64,000 nucleotides of DNA. Origin: Callorhinchus milii (taxonomy: Eukaryota). Below are positions 63,627 to 64,000 of the stretch, piece by piece. The position numbers and the translations under genes are program-made. Positions within the stretch are counted from its first letter, which is position 1. The number at the start of each line of letters is the position of its first letter. The notes below the pieces were generated by a model. That model was given only the letters and a program-made list of their open reading frames with translations. It was not told where the DNA came from and ran no database searches. The stretch covers positions 66,032,001-66,096,000 of the forward strand of contig NW_024704743.1 in the NCBI RefSeq assembly GCF_018977255.1, written 5' to 3'.

Positions 63627-64000
63627 ACTTGTGATTAGCCTTGTGGGGGAGGTCAGCTCATATTGCCCTGAACTGGCTCCAAAGTGATATTTTTGGTAAC
63701 AGAATGTTAGAAACAACCCAACCCTCCGTGGTGGTCTTGGTAGTCATTCCTGACCCAGGCAGGTCTGTAATATTCCAGGACACTTGTGATAACAGCCCAG
63801 CCAGCTTAGTCGATCGGCAGGACTTGGCAGGGCAGACCAATCCAACTCTTCCAACTCAGCTCCCGTTAACCGTCAAGCCAATGCCCTAACTAGAAGGATG
63901 GTCCTAGCTGAACAACGGCAGGAAAGCTTACTTACAATGCTTTTTTTTGTCAGACGGATGTCATGTGGAAACTCATCACAATGCATAAGAGTATCCAAAC

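Noticed and set aside
675..63889. The many 60-130 aa ORFs in the track
   Set aside because: They are antisense or alternate frames of L2, SINE and low-complexity sequence, or of chance length, and show no recognisable domains.

Overview
This is repeat-rich vertebrate intronic or intergenic DNA. The element complement (DeuSINE/SacSINE-type SINEs, an LF-SINE relative, L2 and CR1 LINEs, Penelope-type inverted terminal repeats) suggests a cartilaginous fish, possibly a holocephalan; that is an inference. I see no intact protein-coding gene. The meaningful ORFs in the track are frameshifted pieces of L2, CR1 or R4-clade retrotransposon proteins, and the rest look spurious. Four short candidate exons could not be assigned to a gene. 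Mobile elements present: two L2 subfamilies, CR1 fragments, two R4/Dong-clade fragments, a young tRNA-Ala SINE and an older Deu-domain SINE sharing an L2-type 3' tail, LF-SINE-like and AmnSINE2-like relics, a composite non-autonomous Helitron, Penelope repeats with hammerhead-like cores, and fold-back MITE-like elements. The best observations are a ~700 bp composite Helitron with exact termini, repeated insertion of unrelated elements at two points in the shared L2/SINE 3' tail, two templated-insertion scars, and an unassigned multi-hairpin element ending in a T-run. I found no evidence for a new protein-coding system. Family names come from recalled consensus motifs, not database searches, and boundaries of decayed copies are approximate.
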